From assembly GCF_004010195.1 (NCBI RefSeq), contig NC_057757.1, forward strand, positions 1,488,723 to 1,552,722: a stretch of 64,000 bases of DNA, given 5' to 3'. The translations under genes were made by a program, and so were the position numbers. Shown here piece by piece: positions 25,954 through 39,350 of this stretch (its first letter is position 1; every line of letters begins with the position of its first letter). The notes beneath the pieces were generated by a model. The model saw only the letters and a list, made by a program, of their open reading frames with translations, did not search any database and was not told the DNA's origin. The DNA comes from Chiloscyllium plagiosum (lineage: Eukaryota).

Positions 25954-27794
25954 TAATTACATGTGAAGTAGTGCTAGAAGCTGACAGACAGGGTTTTAGG
26001 AATCTAAGCAGGGAACCTGTTTAAGCATGCATAGAGTTTGAAAGGATCAGACAAAGTAACTTTGAGAAGTAGATAAGGGCATTGAAAATAGATGAAACAT
26101 GTGATGTTCTTAGACTGTTGTCTTGGAGGAGTTCAGAAATTCACTTTCTGAAGTAGTGAGAACTCATATGAAAGTAGGGAGTACTCATATCCGCCTTGTG
26201 AAGGTGGGAAAAACAATTATATATTTAAGTTGGACTTACTCAGAGGATACTGGCAGGTACCTTTATCCAAAAACATTGAAGAAAATTTCTGAAATTGTGA
26301 CATTGAATGGACTATACCAATTTAATGTCATGCCATTTGATATGAAGAATGCAAAAGCCACATTTCGGAGACTAACCAATCAGGTCATTTTGGGATTATC
26401 CAATTGTTTGGTGTACATAGACAACCTGATGATTCTGAGTTGCACATGGAAGGAACAGTTTCAGCATCTAGGAGAATTATTTGATCAACTTCAGGAGACA
26501 GGCTTGGTTGTCAATCTGGCTGAGAGTGAGTTCGCAAAAATCGAAGTCATGTTCCTGGGCCATAGCATTGGACATGGACAGATGGCTCCATGGAATGTGA
26601 AAAAAAAAATTATTGGGGAGTCTCTCATTCTTTCGACAAAGAGGGACTCACTATGACTGTTGGGAATGAAGTGATTTTTATGTTAAATTTGTACCAAATT
26701 TTAGTTGCATAATTGACATTTGTTCCCTTGACTAACATGTTGAAGAAGTACAGGAAATTTCAGCGGATGTAGGAGTGTCAGAAGACATTTGACAACATGA
26801 AAGCTGTGTTGACCATTGCTCCGGTGTTGGCAACACCTAACAACCCAGGCTGTTCAAGTCGACTATCGATGTGGGTGTCAGTGAAAAAGACAATGAGAGG
26901 AGTTTTTGGGTATTTTTCCACAAAGTAGAATAATCATCAAAAGAAATACTCCACTATTGAGAAAGAGACCTTTGGTGTTGGCATTGCAACATTTCATCAT
27001 TTCTGCTGCCAGTCATGTATCTAAGAAAACTGTCTATATTGATCATAACCACTTAATATGTTTGGAAAAATATAAGGAGAAAATACCAGCCTTTTTAAAT
27101 GGAATTTGTTATTACAGCCGTTCAATTTGAAAATTATACACATGGCAGGACGGGAGAATGTGGGGGTGTTGTCATGACTTTGATGAAGGAAGGCAGAGAT
27201 GCTTGGTGGCAGAAGAAATGGACTCCGATGAACTGTCGTTTTAAATGTTTGCATGCTTAAGGATTAATGTAACATATATGTAAAATGTAGCGTACTATTA
27301 GTGTGAGACTAAAAGATTTTGAAAATGAAGCTATCTTTGTACATTGATTTTTTTTAAGGGTGAGGTGTGACAATATATGCCTTTAAGAGGGATTTGTCTG
27401 TCTTGGTTCTCTTGAGAGAGGTGTTGTAAACCTGATGCCCCATGGAAAACAGAATAAATAGTTTTGGGTTTCTTTTAAATTCGACAAAAGAAGCATGTTC
27501 TGATTCTGTTCTGAACATGATCAATATGTTCTCAGTGAGAACCAGAACAGCTTTTAGGTAATGGGCAGAAAATCTGGTTTACTGATGTGAGTTGTGGAAT
27601 AAATATTGACACAGGGCAGTGGGAGGAAAGCCCATCTCCTTGTTAGATCTTTTAAATCTGCAGGTGGAGTTCTGATTTAATGGAACTTATGACAGCATTA
27701 ACACTCCTTCATTATGATATTGAAGTGCACTACATTGTGGCAGTAAACGTATATAAAAATAGTGAAGCAGATTTAATTGATTGCTCAGTCTTAC

Positions 27795-27957
27795 TAGCAT
27801 TTGGCTCCCTTATTTGTCATTCCACATTTTCCATTTCCACATTTCAGTGAGTCCTTTCTTGCTTCGTTGCAGATCGAAGCACATATGGCTCCATTATTGG
27901 TCACAGTCAATTCATAATGTTGCTTTAAATTCTCAGGAACCTGTGAAGCACAGTCAC
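27795..27957 (-). CDS. MUC3/MUC17-like: Transmembrane mucin, membrane-proximal EGF-like exon
   Basis: Acceptor ttttgcaatcaacag|, donor |gtaaga; 163 nt, phase 1->2. Translates (G)DCASQVPENLKQHYELTVTNNGAICASICNEARKDSLKCGNGKCGMTNKGAKC(Y), a MUC3/17 EGF2-type Cys spacing. Confidence 0.92.
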
Positions 27958-30053
27958 CTGTTGATTGCAAAAAAGAATTTTTTTTAAATGGATCTCAAAC
28001 ACACTAAAACTCTTACACTTGCAGAAATACTTTGAGAGCTGTTTCTAATTTTGTTACAACATTGCTGGGAGAAGTGCACTGAAAATCAAGTTCCACTTCT
28101 AATGAACTATATCAAAAGCGTAAGCATTTATATAATCAGTAAAATGGTCAATTTGTTTTTCATTATTGCCATGTAGAACAAAAGAGACCTTCACCAGTCT
28201 CTTAATAAAGTCAAACTAACACGTTCGTTAACGGTTAAGTGTATTCTTACAGTCAGTGACAAAATTGTTATCAACTAAGCTACTGTGCTGATTTAAATCT
28301 ATCCCATTTAATCCCAAACACACAGATGTTTATATGTAGACAGGATGGGATAACACAGCTTTACAGAGGAATTGTGAGTAAAGAGATAGCAAAGAAACTT
28401 GTTGACCATGAGTCCAAACTAAAAGGGTAGAATTACTCCTTTCTCACAGCACCTTTGGATTCTTGTCAGCAGGACCATACAGTTGTTGGCTGCAGAGCAT
28501 TGAAAGATCTTCAGTTCAGCTAGCAAGTCAGTCAATCATAGGTATTTCAATTAAGTTAACAGATCGGCTTTCAGAATTTTTTGAGGAGTTCAATGATATG
28601 AATTCCAGGAGCTTCCTCTGATTCCCAGAAAATACTAAGAACATTGCGAATGTGGGGGAGGTTATTTTTGTCCTTGTTGGCACTTTGAGCACTGCAACAC
28701 CAACCTGGCCAGCTAACTTAACTTCTCGCCAACATCTTCATTTTGGATCCCCCTCGATGACCCTTGTAGAATTCAATCAGTATGTAGGTGTGGCAATCTT
28801 TGCTTGCCATCATAAAATACCATGCTGTACGGTGATCTGGTCTTGCTGGGCCCAGAAAGGTTTCAGCTCTGGTTATGATTGCTCTTTAGTTTGCCTCATC
28901 ATCACTAGTTGGTTTAGTTTTGCCAGGAGCAGATCTTTTTCCATGCACAGTCTTATATTGTCAGCAGTGACCAGAAGGGCGTCAAGAAAATTTAAAACCA
29001 GAATGCATTCTTCCAGTGCTGGCTCCCTTAGTAGTGTATCTGCCAGTGGGAGACAGCTGAAGACATCCATATTCACTACTTGGCCTCCTGGACAGTGGTC
29101 CAACTTGTAATTGTATTCACTTAGAATGAGAACCCACCACTGAATTTGACCTGAAGTATGGGGAAGCACAGCCTTGTTCTCTTTGATTGGCCTAGCAGGG
29201 GTTTGTGGTCTGTTGCAATGACAATTTTATGTCTGTAAAGGTATTGGTGGAACTTCCTTGCACCAAAGACGACCGCATCTTTAAGAGTATTTGTGCTCTG
29301 ATCACCCAAAGTCCAGGAAGCATATGCTATTGGGCATTCGACTCCATTCGGCCATCTGTGAGCCAACACAACCCTGAAACAGTAAGGGGAGACATTGCAT
29401 GTCAGCACCACATCTTGCTTGGGATCGTGGTATGCCACCACCTTAGACAATGACAGCTGCTTCTTCACTTCCCTCAAAGTCTACATCTTGGCTATGAGAT
29501 CATTTCCAAGACTGATCCCTTTTTAATAGCAGATGTAAGGGTGCCAGAACGGAGGCCAGGTTATGTATGAATGTTCTGTAATAACTACCAATCCAAGGGA
29601 AGACCTAAGCTTCAGTATAGACATGGGAGTTGGGGCATCTTTGATTGCCCTCACTTTATTTTCTTCTCGACTTCGTAGCCCAAGTAAGTCACTTGGGGTT
29701 CCTGGAATATGCATATTTCCCTCAAGTCTTGGAGAAATGTCTAAGTACTATGTCTAAGTTCTCTAAGTACACTTTGTTGGTCTTCCCTATTTTCACACAT
29801 CCAGCTAAATGACGATCTGGGATAGACCTTATAAAAGTTTTTCATCATCCACTGAAAAATGGCAAGGGCTGATGATACCTCAAATGGTGTCTTGTACATT
29901 GGTATAAAGTGTTATGGGTATTAATTGTAGCGTACGTCTGGAATCCTTATCTAATTGCAGTTGCAGACTTGCATTTGATTTATTAATGTCACATATATCT
30001 AGGTACAGTGAAATGTTTGGTTTTGCATGAAGTACAGCCAGATCATACCACAC

Positions 30054-31369
30054 TGTTACGACATTGAACTGAACCCCTCTGTTATTTGAACTAAACACCC
30101 ATAAAAGCTCACCTTGCCTCATAATCTTTTAAAATATGAGTGACCGAGAACTCTCAGATTACACTATTTAAAGAAAATAACATGGATTTATTTTTGAACT
30201 CTAAAAGTGAACATAAAACAACTATTCACAATTCTAAGTCCCCTTTCTCTTAACTGCTTACTATCTGCCTCCCACTCTATAAAAATATGCTGTTCTACTA
30301 AGACACTCACTACAATTCATCAACGTAATTTTAAAACCACATAGCTGCTGTCGTCTCCTGTGTCTTTCTTTTTCCAGCTGAAGATCTCCCTGGGTCGTCT
30401 TCTTTGTTTTTACTGCGAATACGTTTCATATGAAAAGATACCTTTGGTAGAGAGTGTTTCCTAATTTCTTGGAGATCAACATATTAGATCTCCATGCATT
30501 TTTATCTTGTTGGCAGTTCCTCTCTGACCAATTTTCAAAAGGTCCGTATTTTATACCCCTCAACATTGGATCGCCTCATTTGTTTGATACTGGCAAAACA
30601 ATAAATTCAACCTCGATTGGGATTTAGTATCCTATGGCATAATTTAAACTGGTAAAATTCAAATTGTTGTCAAAACGATGTTGCATCTGTACAAACCTCT
30701 GGTGTGACCGTACTTGCGTACAATTCTTGTTGGTGCATTGTAGAAAGGATGGTGAAGCATTGGAAAGGGTGCAGAGATTTACCAGAATGTTGCCTGGTAT
30801 GGAAGGAAGGTTTCATGAAGGACTTGAGGCTGTTTTCATTAGAGAGAAGAAGGTTAAGAGGTGACTTAATAGAGACATACAAGATGATCAGAGGATTAGA
30901 TAGGGTGGACAGTGGACATTTTTCCTTGGATAGTTATGACTAGCACAAGGGACATAGCTTTAAATTGAGGGGTAATAGATATAGGACAGATGTCAGAGGT
31001 AGGTTCTTTACTCAGAGTAGTAAGGGCATGGAATGCCTTGCCTGCAACAGTAGTAGATTCACCAAATTTAAGGGCATTTAAATGGTCGTTGGATAACTAT
31101 ATGAATAATAATGGAATAATGTGGGTTAGATGGGTTCAAGATTGCTTTCACAGGTCGATGCAACATCGAAGGCTGAAGGGTCTATACCGCGCTCTGATGT
31201 TCTATGTTCTAAAACAGCAACTAAAACAGCCAAAAGTTACATATTTTCAATTTTCCAGTACACTCTGGGACAGTTATCTAATCATATACACAGGTGCTTA
31301 TAAGGTCTCGGTTCAGAACAACATTTATTCTTTTTTAAAGGTACAATACACGCCTTCAACTTCATAGCA
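30054..31369 (-). mobile_element. Solo LTR inside the Rex-like LINE, itself split by a CR1
   Basis: TGTTACGA...TCATAGCA termini; colinear with 11937-12725 once 30680-31210 is removed. Confidence 0.75.
30680..31210 (+). mobile_element. CR1 LINE 3' fragment
   Basis: ALERVQRFTRMLPGME, RRLRGDLIETYK, WNALPA and 3' UTR. Confidence 0.85.
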
Positions 31370-34300
31370 ATTCAAAGTGCATGGGTTAATAAAACAGTGG
31401 GAAGAATGCAATTTTACGGCTACCGAGAAGGTGACAGAGAGCAAGATTGACATTAAATTTAAAATTTGAGAGGTCCATTCAAAAGTCTAATAACAGTGGT
31501 AAAGAAGCTATTCTTGAATCTATTTGTATGCAACTTTTATATGTTTTGCATGATGGAAGAGAGTACAGCAGGGGTGTCAGTGGTCTTTGATTATGTTGGT
31601 TGTTTTCCCAAGGCAGCAGGAAATATTGATGGAGTCAATGGATGGAACACTGGTTTGTGTGATGTGCTAGGCTGTATTGATGACTTTCTGTAGTTTCATG
31701 CGGTCTTGGGAGAGCAGTTGCGATACCATGCTATGATATATCCAGATAGAATGCTTTTTATAATGCATCTATAAAAATTCGTAAAAGTCCTTGTAGACAT
31801 GCCAAATTTCCCTAACCTTCTGAGGAAGTAGCGACATTGTTGTGCTTTCCTGACCACTGTGTCGACATGGTGGACCAGGACAGTTTGTTGGTGATCAACA
31901 CTCCCAGGGACTTGACGCCCTGGATCATCTCCACCTCAGATATGGCTATGCTGTGTAGTTGGTTTCCTGAAATCAGTGACCAGCTCCTTCGTTATGTTGA
32001 TGTAGAGAATGTTGTTTTACACCATACTGCTTATTTCTGTGTTCTGTCTCATCATATCCAGCTATGTGCAGATCAGCCCACTGCCAGCTTTGACTTTAAG
32101 TATTCTTGGTGTTTTGGCTATATATCCAGGTGTAAGAAGCAGTTTACTATTTGTTTAGAAAGACCACAAAAGTGGACTGACCCATCAGGCTTCACAGTTG
32201 GTCTGACTGGCCATTTCACAAACAGTACTCATTTGATGATTCCTTTACCTTTAATCTCCTGATTTCTGCCTGTACTTTTGCACGTAAGGCAAATTACATT
32301 GGGTGGGCCTTGCAGAATTATGGAATTGCTTCCTGGTCAACATGCAAGCTGGCCTTCGTTTCTTTGATAATTTATGGACTTTCATGAAAAATGTTTAGGT
32401 ATTTAGTTAGGACTTCACCCAGGCAGCCATTTTATATTCAAAAAATGTTGGAACCCATCAAGATAAATCTTTCTCAACCAAGTCCATCCTATCAGGTTTG
32501 AGCCTGAGGTTTTACTACGATCAGTGGTAACTGTACCAGTTCTCATAAGAGACTGGAATCAAAGTTGTATCGCTAATCTATAAATGTTTTTTGATACAGG
32601 TTTTCAGTTTAGCCAAGATCTTATGCAAACTTATGGATTGGAATCCAGCACAAGTTTTGTTAATGACTGTTTCTATAATCACTGATATAGCTGCACCATT
32701 ACCAACCTCCATTAACCAGTTGATTTTGATTGGTTTTGATTTGGATGTTCCTAAGCATTTAAACTGTTCCCAACCACATGTAGGTGGGATTTCCAGGGTG
32801 TGCGCACTCTTGAATACTGGCTATAAGTTCTCTTACTCAATTCAGGCCAAGTGGTCCTCTTTTTGCTGTCTTGAGTCCTCATACTGATAGAAATTTCAAT
32901 GGGTTGCCAGCCCAGATCGAGTAGAAAATGTTAACCGTTTGAACAGAGCTTGGCTTTGTTTTGGCGTTTTGCCGTGGGCTGACCTCAATTCCCTCTATTC
33001 AGGATATGTCCCAAGCGAGGCAATTGTCTTCACACAATTAGTGTCTCAACGATGTACCCTGTAACTCATATGCTCTACCTGTTGCATTTTCTAATGACAA
33101 AGCTAATTGTGGTCCCTGTTTGAAGTCTAGTTGGGCTTCAGCTAGTAGATATATTTGCATGGTTACATCATTAACCCCACATACCAAAAGGTGTCTTAGC
33201 ATCTCATTAAGAGTTAAACCCAAGTTACATGCCTCTGCCAGTCTTCTTAACCTAGTCAGAAATCCCGACGCAGATTTCCCTGGTTCTTGATCTGCCAAGT
33301 AAAATCGATAGCGCCTAAGAATTAGAGGAAGCTTGGGTCGTAATATTCCATAACTCAATCCATTGACTCTTAAAAGGTTTTAGTATCTGGTGCCTTAGGC
33401 TTTTAATAACTGAAAAAGCTGCAAGTCCAAATGCTGTCAGTTGCTTTTCATTTGTCCCAGTGTTATTCACCTGAAACAAAATGCATTCATTCCATATACC
33501 AGCCCCGATCTTTGAGAGCAGGATCAAATGAGCCAAGCTTCAAGCTTCCCAAATAATAGGATGATGCCAGAAATGGTTACCCCAACTTAAAGGTGACTGT
33601 TGTGAACGAATTCTTCAGGAAAGTATTTTTTTTCTCTCGTCATAACTGAAATAATTCCACAGAGGCCGGTATTCTGTCACCTAGTCATCTTGTAATTACA
33701 AGTGCATAATACTTGACACTGGTCCGGCTCCCTCAGAGTGAGCTCTCAGTGTGAACAGAACCTCTGACACTTCTGTTTAAATCTGTCAGCTGGGGCTCTC
33801 TGAACTGTGTCAACAGCTCCAGTCATGGATCTCATATTCCATGAGGTCTGCTTGGCTGACCTTGTTACAATCGCCACAAGGAAGGTGGCAGCAAATCTAT
33901 GGTGTAAGTTGGATCTTACACCTTGATGGGTTGCTGTGAGGGTTCTTCTTACAATCGATGGAGGCCCTCCTATTGGAAAATCGGTGACTGTTCCCCATAT
34001 TCTATAGGACTGTGATCTCTATTTGGCCCCAAGTTTAAAATCATGCAAACATACACCATAGATGGAGGTAATTCAGCTCATTGTGCCTTGAAAAGTGATA
34101 TTCATTAGTCCCATTGCCGAGTTGTTTCTCTTCTAATTTCTTCATTCACATATTTATTTAATGTGTTTTAAAAATTATCATTGAACATGTTTGCTTCCTT
34201 GGTTCAGAACAAAATTCCAGATCATAACAAGTCAAAGCAGAAAATACATTAAAATTTCTGTCCTCTAAGTTCCTACTGTCAATTCATTTATATCTGCATT

Positions 34301-34445
34301 CTCTACTTTCCCAATCCCCTCAGTGGAAAAAGTTCCTTTAAATTGCCAGAAATATTAAAAAATGTTATATTCCTAATATGTTATTCTTTGCTTGGAACAC
34401 GTCACCAATATTGCAACAGTAAATTACCGTAAGTGCATCTCTTAC

Positions 34446-34505
34446 CAGTTACAACTGCTTCAACTTTTAAGTAGCCAGGATCAAGTACCAATCGAGTGCT
34501 GTTAC
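34446..34505 (-). CDS. MUC3/MUC17-like: Transmembrane mucin, SEA-EGF linker exon
   Basis: Acceptor tttttaaatatag|, donor |gtaaga; 60 nt, phase 1->1. Translates (G)NSTRLVLDPGYLKVEAVVT(G); phases join both neighbours. Confidence 0.75.
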
Positions 34506-34879
34506 CTATATTTAAAAAGTCAAGATTATATGAGTCACTTCTCAATATGAAGTATCAGAGGATAGCTAATACTCAAACCCTGCTGGAACAAAAGTATTCA
34601 GATTTTGGTGCAGAAAGTACATTAGCGTTAGTATACAGTATTAACACAGAAATATTCTCTCCACACTCTGCCATCAGGCCCTCTCAGAATAAACTTGGGT
34701 TAGAGGTGTAAGTTTTGTTTACATTGTCCCAACAAACATTTCCTGGTTTAGGTTCTGCACATGTAAAACACCAAAATAGAACTCCTGATACACAACCAGT
34801 CCCCAATCTATGGCTTGCAATGACTATTGGAGTTGCAAAAACAGATAATGGAGCTGTATATAATGTTATATAGGCCACA

Positions 34880-35270
34880 GCTGGTACTCTGCATAGTGGC
34901 TCAATTGTTATCGCCACTGCCTTACAGTGCCATGGATCCAGGTTTGATTCAAAACTTGGGCAACTATCTGTGAGGAATTTCACGTTCTTCCTCTGTCTGC
35001 AAGTATTTCTGCCAGGTGCTCTGGTTTCCTCCCACAGTCCAAGATTGAAGATTAGATGGGTTGGACATCATAAATTGTCCCATAATAACCAAATAAATTC
35101 CAGAAGAGACAACAGTGCTTCACAGGAGGCTCCAAAGCACTGAAGATGTCACCTAGACTGGGGACGAAACATCTGCAAATCAACTTCCCAGCTCGGCGAA
35201 CATACCCTCAACTACAATTGTCCCATAGTATCCAGGGATGTGCAGGTTAGGTGAATTAGCCACAATAAAT
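34880..35270 (+). mobile_element. HE1-like V-SINE interrupted by a hammerhead-bearing insertion
   Basis: Decayed head and V-domain, resuming after 35215. Confidence 0.7.
35085..35215 (+). mobile_element. Short Penelope-type insertion with family D hammerhead motif
   Basis: TSD aattgtcccata at 35073-35084 and 35216-35227; gca-CTGAAGA-tgtcacc-tagact-ggggac-GAAA-catc-tgc at 35137-35176. Confidence 0.8.
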
Positions 35271-35271
35271 A

Positions 35272-35785
35272 TGGTCACCACATGATAGGAAAGATGTAAT
35301 TGTATCAGAAGGTGCAGAGGTCTTCATAATAGTGTTGCCTGGACTGGAGCAATGCATTTATGAAGAAAAACAAGATAAGTTGAGGTTGTTTCCCTTGGAG
35401 CAGAGTAGGCTGAGGAGGGGAATCTGATTGATGTGTGCAAAGTTATGATGGCCATAGGTAGGATAGATAAGAAGAAACCTTGTCCCTTAATCGAGAGGTC
35501 AATAACCATGCTACATTGTTGTAAACTAAGGAACAGAAGGTTGACGGGATTTAAAGAAAATGATTTTCACCCAGGGGGAAAGTATGCTCACTCTCTGCCT
35601 AAAATGCTGGTTAAAACAGAATCTTCAGGACATTTAAAAAGTGTTTAGATTAATACTTGGATTGCCATAACATACAATGTCATCGGCTAAATGCTAGAAA
35701 TGGGATTGGAATAGATAGGTGCTAGGTGACTGGTGCAAACTTGATGGGCTGAAGGGCATTGTTTCCATACTGTAAAATCTCTACC
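35272..35785 (+). mobile_element. CR1 LINE 3' fragment (old)
   Basis: Decayed ORF2 C-terminus and 3' UTR. Confidence 0.7.
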
Positions 35786-36695
35786 AGCGTTGGAAGAAAT
35801 AAAATCATATGAAACTCTCCTCCACTTAGATTGTCGTGGCCAAAGAAAGTAACCAATCCAAAGACAAATTCTTGGCTTTGGACATTTTGATTAGCTGTCA
35901 CGGCTCTGATTGCACATGATGTGACATAACTATGTGTCTGGAGTGACAGTGATGCAGTGATTTAGTCACTGCTGGCAGCCCAGGAACTGATGAACTGGAA
36001 TTTTCATCACAGATGTTAGTAGTTATACATCTTTGCAATAATGCACAATCTTTAATAATTGTGTATTTAATAACTGCTTGTTCATAACTTAAACAAAAGA
36101 GATATAGGTAAATGGTTTTCGGTTTGCACTCATCAAGACTTACATGCAAGATACAAAAGTTGGAAACATTAATTTAGTCTGAGAGGAAAGTGCTGATTGA
36201 TTGGACCACAGCTGGCGTAGAATTGCAGCAGGGACTGTTAGCCTTCAAAAACAGAAGCAGCAGGTCTGGCACTCGAAATGTTAACTGTTTTTTTCCCACT
36301 GATGCTGCCAAACATGTTGCATTTCTCCAGTAATTTCTGTTTTTCTTTTTTCATCTGGAGCATTTGCAGTTCTTTGTTTTATTTTAACGTTTAACTGTCA
36401 AATCTGGTTAGCTGGAAAAACTCACTTCAGGCAGATAGAGTCCCCATGGCAACACCATGACAAGTCAGAGTTTACCTATTTGGTCTAAATCCTTTTAGTT
36501 ACAAAGATCAACAGTTAATAGCTCCAATCGGCATCAGTTTTGCTGTACAAAATGGTGTTTTCTAAGTTTGATTCCTTGCAAAACAATCCTAATAAAAGCA
36601 GCCTGAAAAATTTCAACATCTAGCTTCTGTTTGCTTAATGTGACTATACTGTCTGAATGCAGTTTTGGTTTTATTGGCATTCATTTTCAATAGTT

Positions 36696-36898
36696 GGGAG
36701 TGTGGTGCTGGAAAAGCACAGCAGGTCAGGCAGCATCCAAGGAGCAGGAAAATCGACGTTTTGGACATCAGCCCTTCATCGTGAAGGGTTTTTGCCTGAA
36801 ATGGCGATTCTCCTGCCCCTCTGCCTGACCTGCTGTGCTTTCCCAGCACCATACTCTCGACACTGATCTCCAGCATCTGCAGTCCTCACTTTTTCCCA
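36696..36898. mobile_element. Fold-back Penelope family A mini-insertion
   Basis: Inverted arms meeting at the hammerhead cores (~36780); near-TSD attcattttcaatagtt 36679-36695 / atttattttcaacagtt 36899-36915. Confidence 0.8.
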
Positions 36899-37016
36899 AT
36901 TTATTTTCAACAGTTAATGTAGATCAAGTTAGAATGGTTTTGGAAATGCTTTTCCACATGACACTGCCAAATATTCCTAGAGATTGTATAGTACTTATTT
37001 GAGATAGTGACAGTCA

Positions 37017-39350
37017 ATAAATGACGAGCTGGAGATGCACAGCAGACCGCACAGCAGACCAGACAACATCCGAAGAGCAGGAAAGTCAACATTTCAGGGC
37101 AAAGCCCTTTGTCAGGACTGGGGAAGGGGAGGGGAGCCTGTAAATAATTAGAGAGAAGGGGTGGGGCTTGGGATAGGGTAGGAGGGATGATTGTAGGTGG
37201 ATGGGAATGGGTGTTTTGTAATTTGTCAGTTGGAAAGATGGAATAGATAGATAAGTAGGCAGATGGACAGATTAGGTCAGATCAGGGAGGCGAGGATGAT
37301 GGAGAGGGTTGGACATTAGATAAGGCTGGGGGTCAAGGGATTTTAAAGTTGGTGATGTAAATATTAAGACCATTGGGCCTAAGCTGCCAAGATGAAATAT
37401 AAGGTGTTCCTCCAGTTTGCGTTTGGCCTCACTCTGACAGTAGAGGAGGGCAAGAATGGACATGTCGCCAGGGGAGTGGGAGGGGTAAGTAAAATGGATG
37501 GCACCCAGAAAGTCAGGTAAGCTAATGTGTGTGAAGTGTAGATGCTACACAAACTGACCTCTGAGTGTGTGTTTTGTCTTCCCAACACATAGGAAACCAC
37601 ATCGGGAGCAATGGATGTTGTAGATCAGTTTGGATGAAGTGCAGGTGAATCTCTGCTGGATGTGGAAGGATTGTTTGGGGCCTTGGTCATAGATGAGAGA
37701 GGAGGTGTAGGGACAGGGTTGTACCTCTTGCAGTTGCAGTGAAAGATCCGGATGTGGTGGAGAGGTTGCTGGGGAATGTACTTGCGACAAGGGAATTGCA
37801 GAATGAATGGTCCCTGTGGAAATCTGACAGGGGTGAGGAATGCAATATCCTTTTGGTGCTGGGGAATGATTGTAGGTGTCAGAAATGTTGGGGGATGATG
37901 TGTTGGATTCGGAGATTGGTGGGGTGATACGTGAGGACTAAGGGAACTCTACCAAGGTTGGTATTGGAGGGAGGTGGTTTAAGGGCAGAAGTGCAGAAGA
38001 TGGAGCAGATGCAATTGAGGGCATCTTTAATTACAGAGGAAAGGAGAATACAATCCCTAAAGTAGGATGATATGTGGGATGTCCTGGAGTGGAATGCCTT
38101 ATCATGGGAGTAGATGTGGCAGAGGCAGAGGAATTGAATGTATGAGAGGAGGATGCAGGAGGGTGGATGAGAGGAGCTGTGGTTGAGGTAGTTGTGGAAG
38201 TCAGTTTGAAAGAGATGTCACTGGTGAGTTAGTTTCTGGAAATGGAAAGGTCTAGGAAGGGAAGGGAGGTGTCAGAAATGATTCAGGTGAATTTGAGCAT
38301 GGGGTGGAGGTGTCAGCGAAGTTGATGAACTGCTTGATCTCCTTGCAGGAGCATGTGTTTCTCCAATGCAGTCATCAATATTGCGGAGAAAGAGATGAGG
38401 GATGGTGCTGGTGTAGTTGTAGAAGAGGGACTATTCCATGAATCCTAAAAAGAAGCAGGCATCGCTCAGGCCAATGGGGTGCCCATAGCCACCCTTTGGT
38501 ATGTAGGAAGTGTGAGGAATCAAAGGAGAAGTTGTTGAGGGTGAGCACCAGTTATGCCAAGCGGATGAGAGTGTCAGTGGAGGGGGACTGGTTGGGCCTG
38601 TGAGAGGAAGAAGCGAAGGGCTTTTAGGCCCCCCCATACAGGGGGTTACAGGTGGAAAGGGACTGTATGTCCATGGTGAACCTGAGGTGTTGGTGGCCGG
38701 GGAATTGAAAGTTTTGGAAAAGGTGGAGGGCATGGATAGTGTTGTGAATGTAGGTAGGGAGTTCAAGGACCAAAGGGGAAAGAACAGAGTGGAGGAGGTG
38801 ATGGGCTCAGTGGAGCAGGAGCTGGCAGAGACAGTGGGTTGACGGGTTTATGGATTTTGGGTAGGAGATAGAAGTGGGTGGTGCGGGGTTAGGAACTATC
38901 AATTTAGAGGCTGTGGACAGGTGTTCTCTTGAAGTGATGAGGTTGTGGGAGATGATGGCTTGGTGATGGGAGGTAGGGTCATGTTCAAGGGGACTGTAGC
39001 AGAGATGTCAGAGAGTCTGGCCTCAGCGATGTAAAGGTCAGTTCACCATACTACCAATGCGGACCCCCCCACCATCGGGAGGTTTAATAGAGAAGTTGGC
39101 GTTGGAGTGGAGGGCTACGCATTCCAATGGGGGGAGGTTGGAGTAAGTGAGAGAGATGGAGAGATCCAAGCAATTGATGTCTCAGGTGCAGTTTGAAATG
39201 GAGGTTGAGGGAGGGTAGAATTTGGAAGGGGGTGTCCAGGAGGATGAAGTTTGTGGGAGAAGGGGTCGTCAGAGGTTGGATTGGAGTCCCACCCAAAGAA
39301 ATAGATGTGGAGACAGCAAAAAAAAGAGCTTGACATCATGGTGTATGCAG
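37017..39350 (-). mobile_element. Old, long Penelope-like element (RT plus GIY-YIG)
   Basis: AMGTP..ACFFLGFME (~38440-38495), LRNIDD (~38370-38388), QRFTCTSSKLIYNIHCSRCG..VGKT GIY-YIG region, decayed hammerhead near 37085-37115. Confidence 0.85.

Larger units (their letters stand above)
22859..27495 (+). mobile_element. Internally deleted Gmr1-like LTR retrotransposon
   Basis: 5' LTR 22859-23504 (TG..ACA) and degenerate tRNA-Pro-like PBS (taggggctc). SCAN-like gag (FNEKDVEVF..QMKWP..YDEVKK..LEEFRNSL) is fused directly to RT (GLYQFNVMPF, VYIDNL), then an RNase H remnant. PPT aagggtgagg and a truncated 3' LTR 27366-27495 matching the 5' LTR start. Confidence 0.85.
29975..32045 (-). mobile_element. 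Rex1/Babar-like LINE fragment inside the Gypsy RT
   Basis: Minus-strand RFKNSFFTTVIRLLNGP (~31470-31525); 3' tail tcactgtacc..gtgacattaataaatc at 29975-30050. Confidence 0.7.
28600..33878 (-). mobile_element. Decayed Ty3/Gypsy (Mag-like) retrotransposon with 5' LTR
   Basis: LTR 33647-33878 (TGT..TCA on minus) and degenerate PBS (tgacgagag). Gag RYRFY..QEPG.S..FLTRLRRLAEAC; RT LDM|ASLQLQLD split by an insertion; RNase H LTCNVSPY..CPIAYAS, TDHKPL; start of integrase region. Confidence 0.85.
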
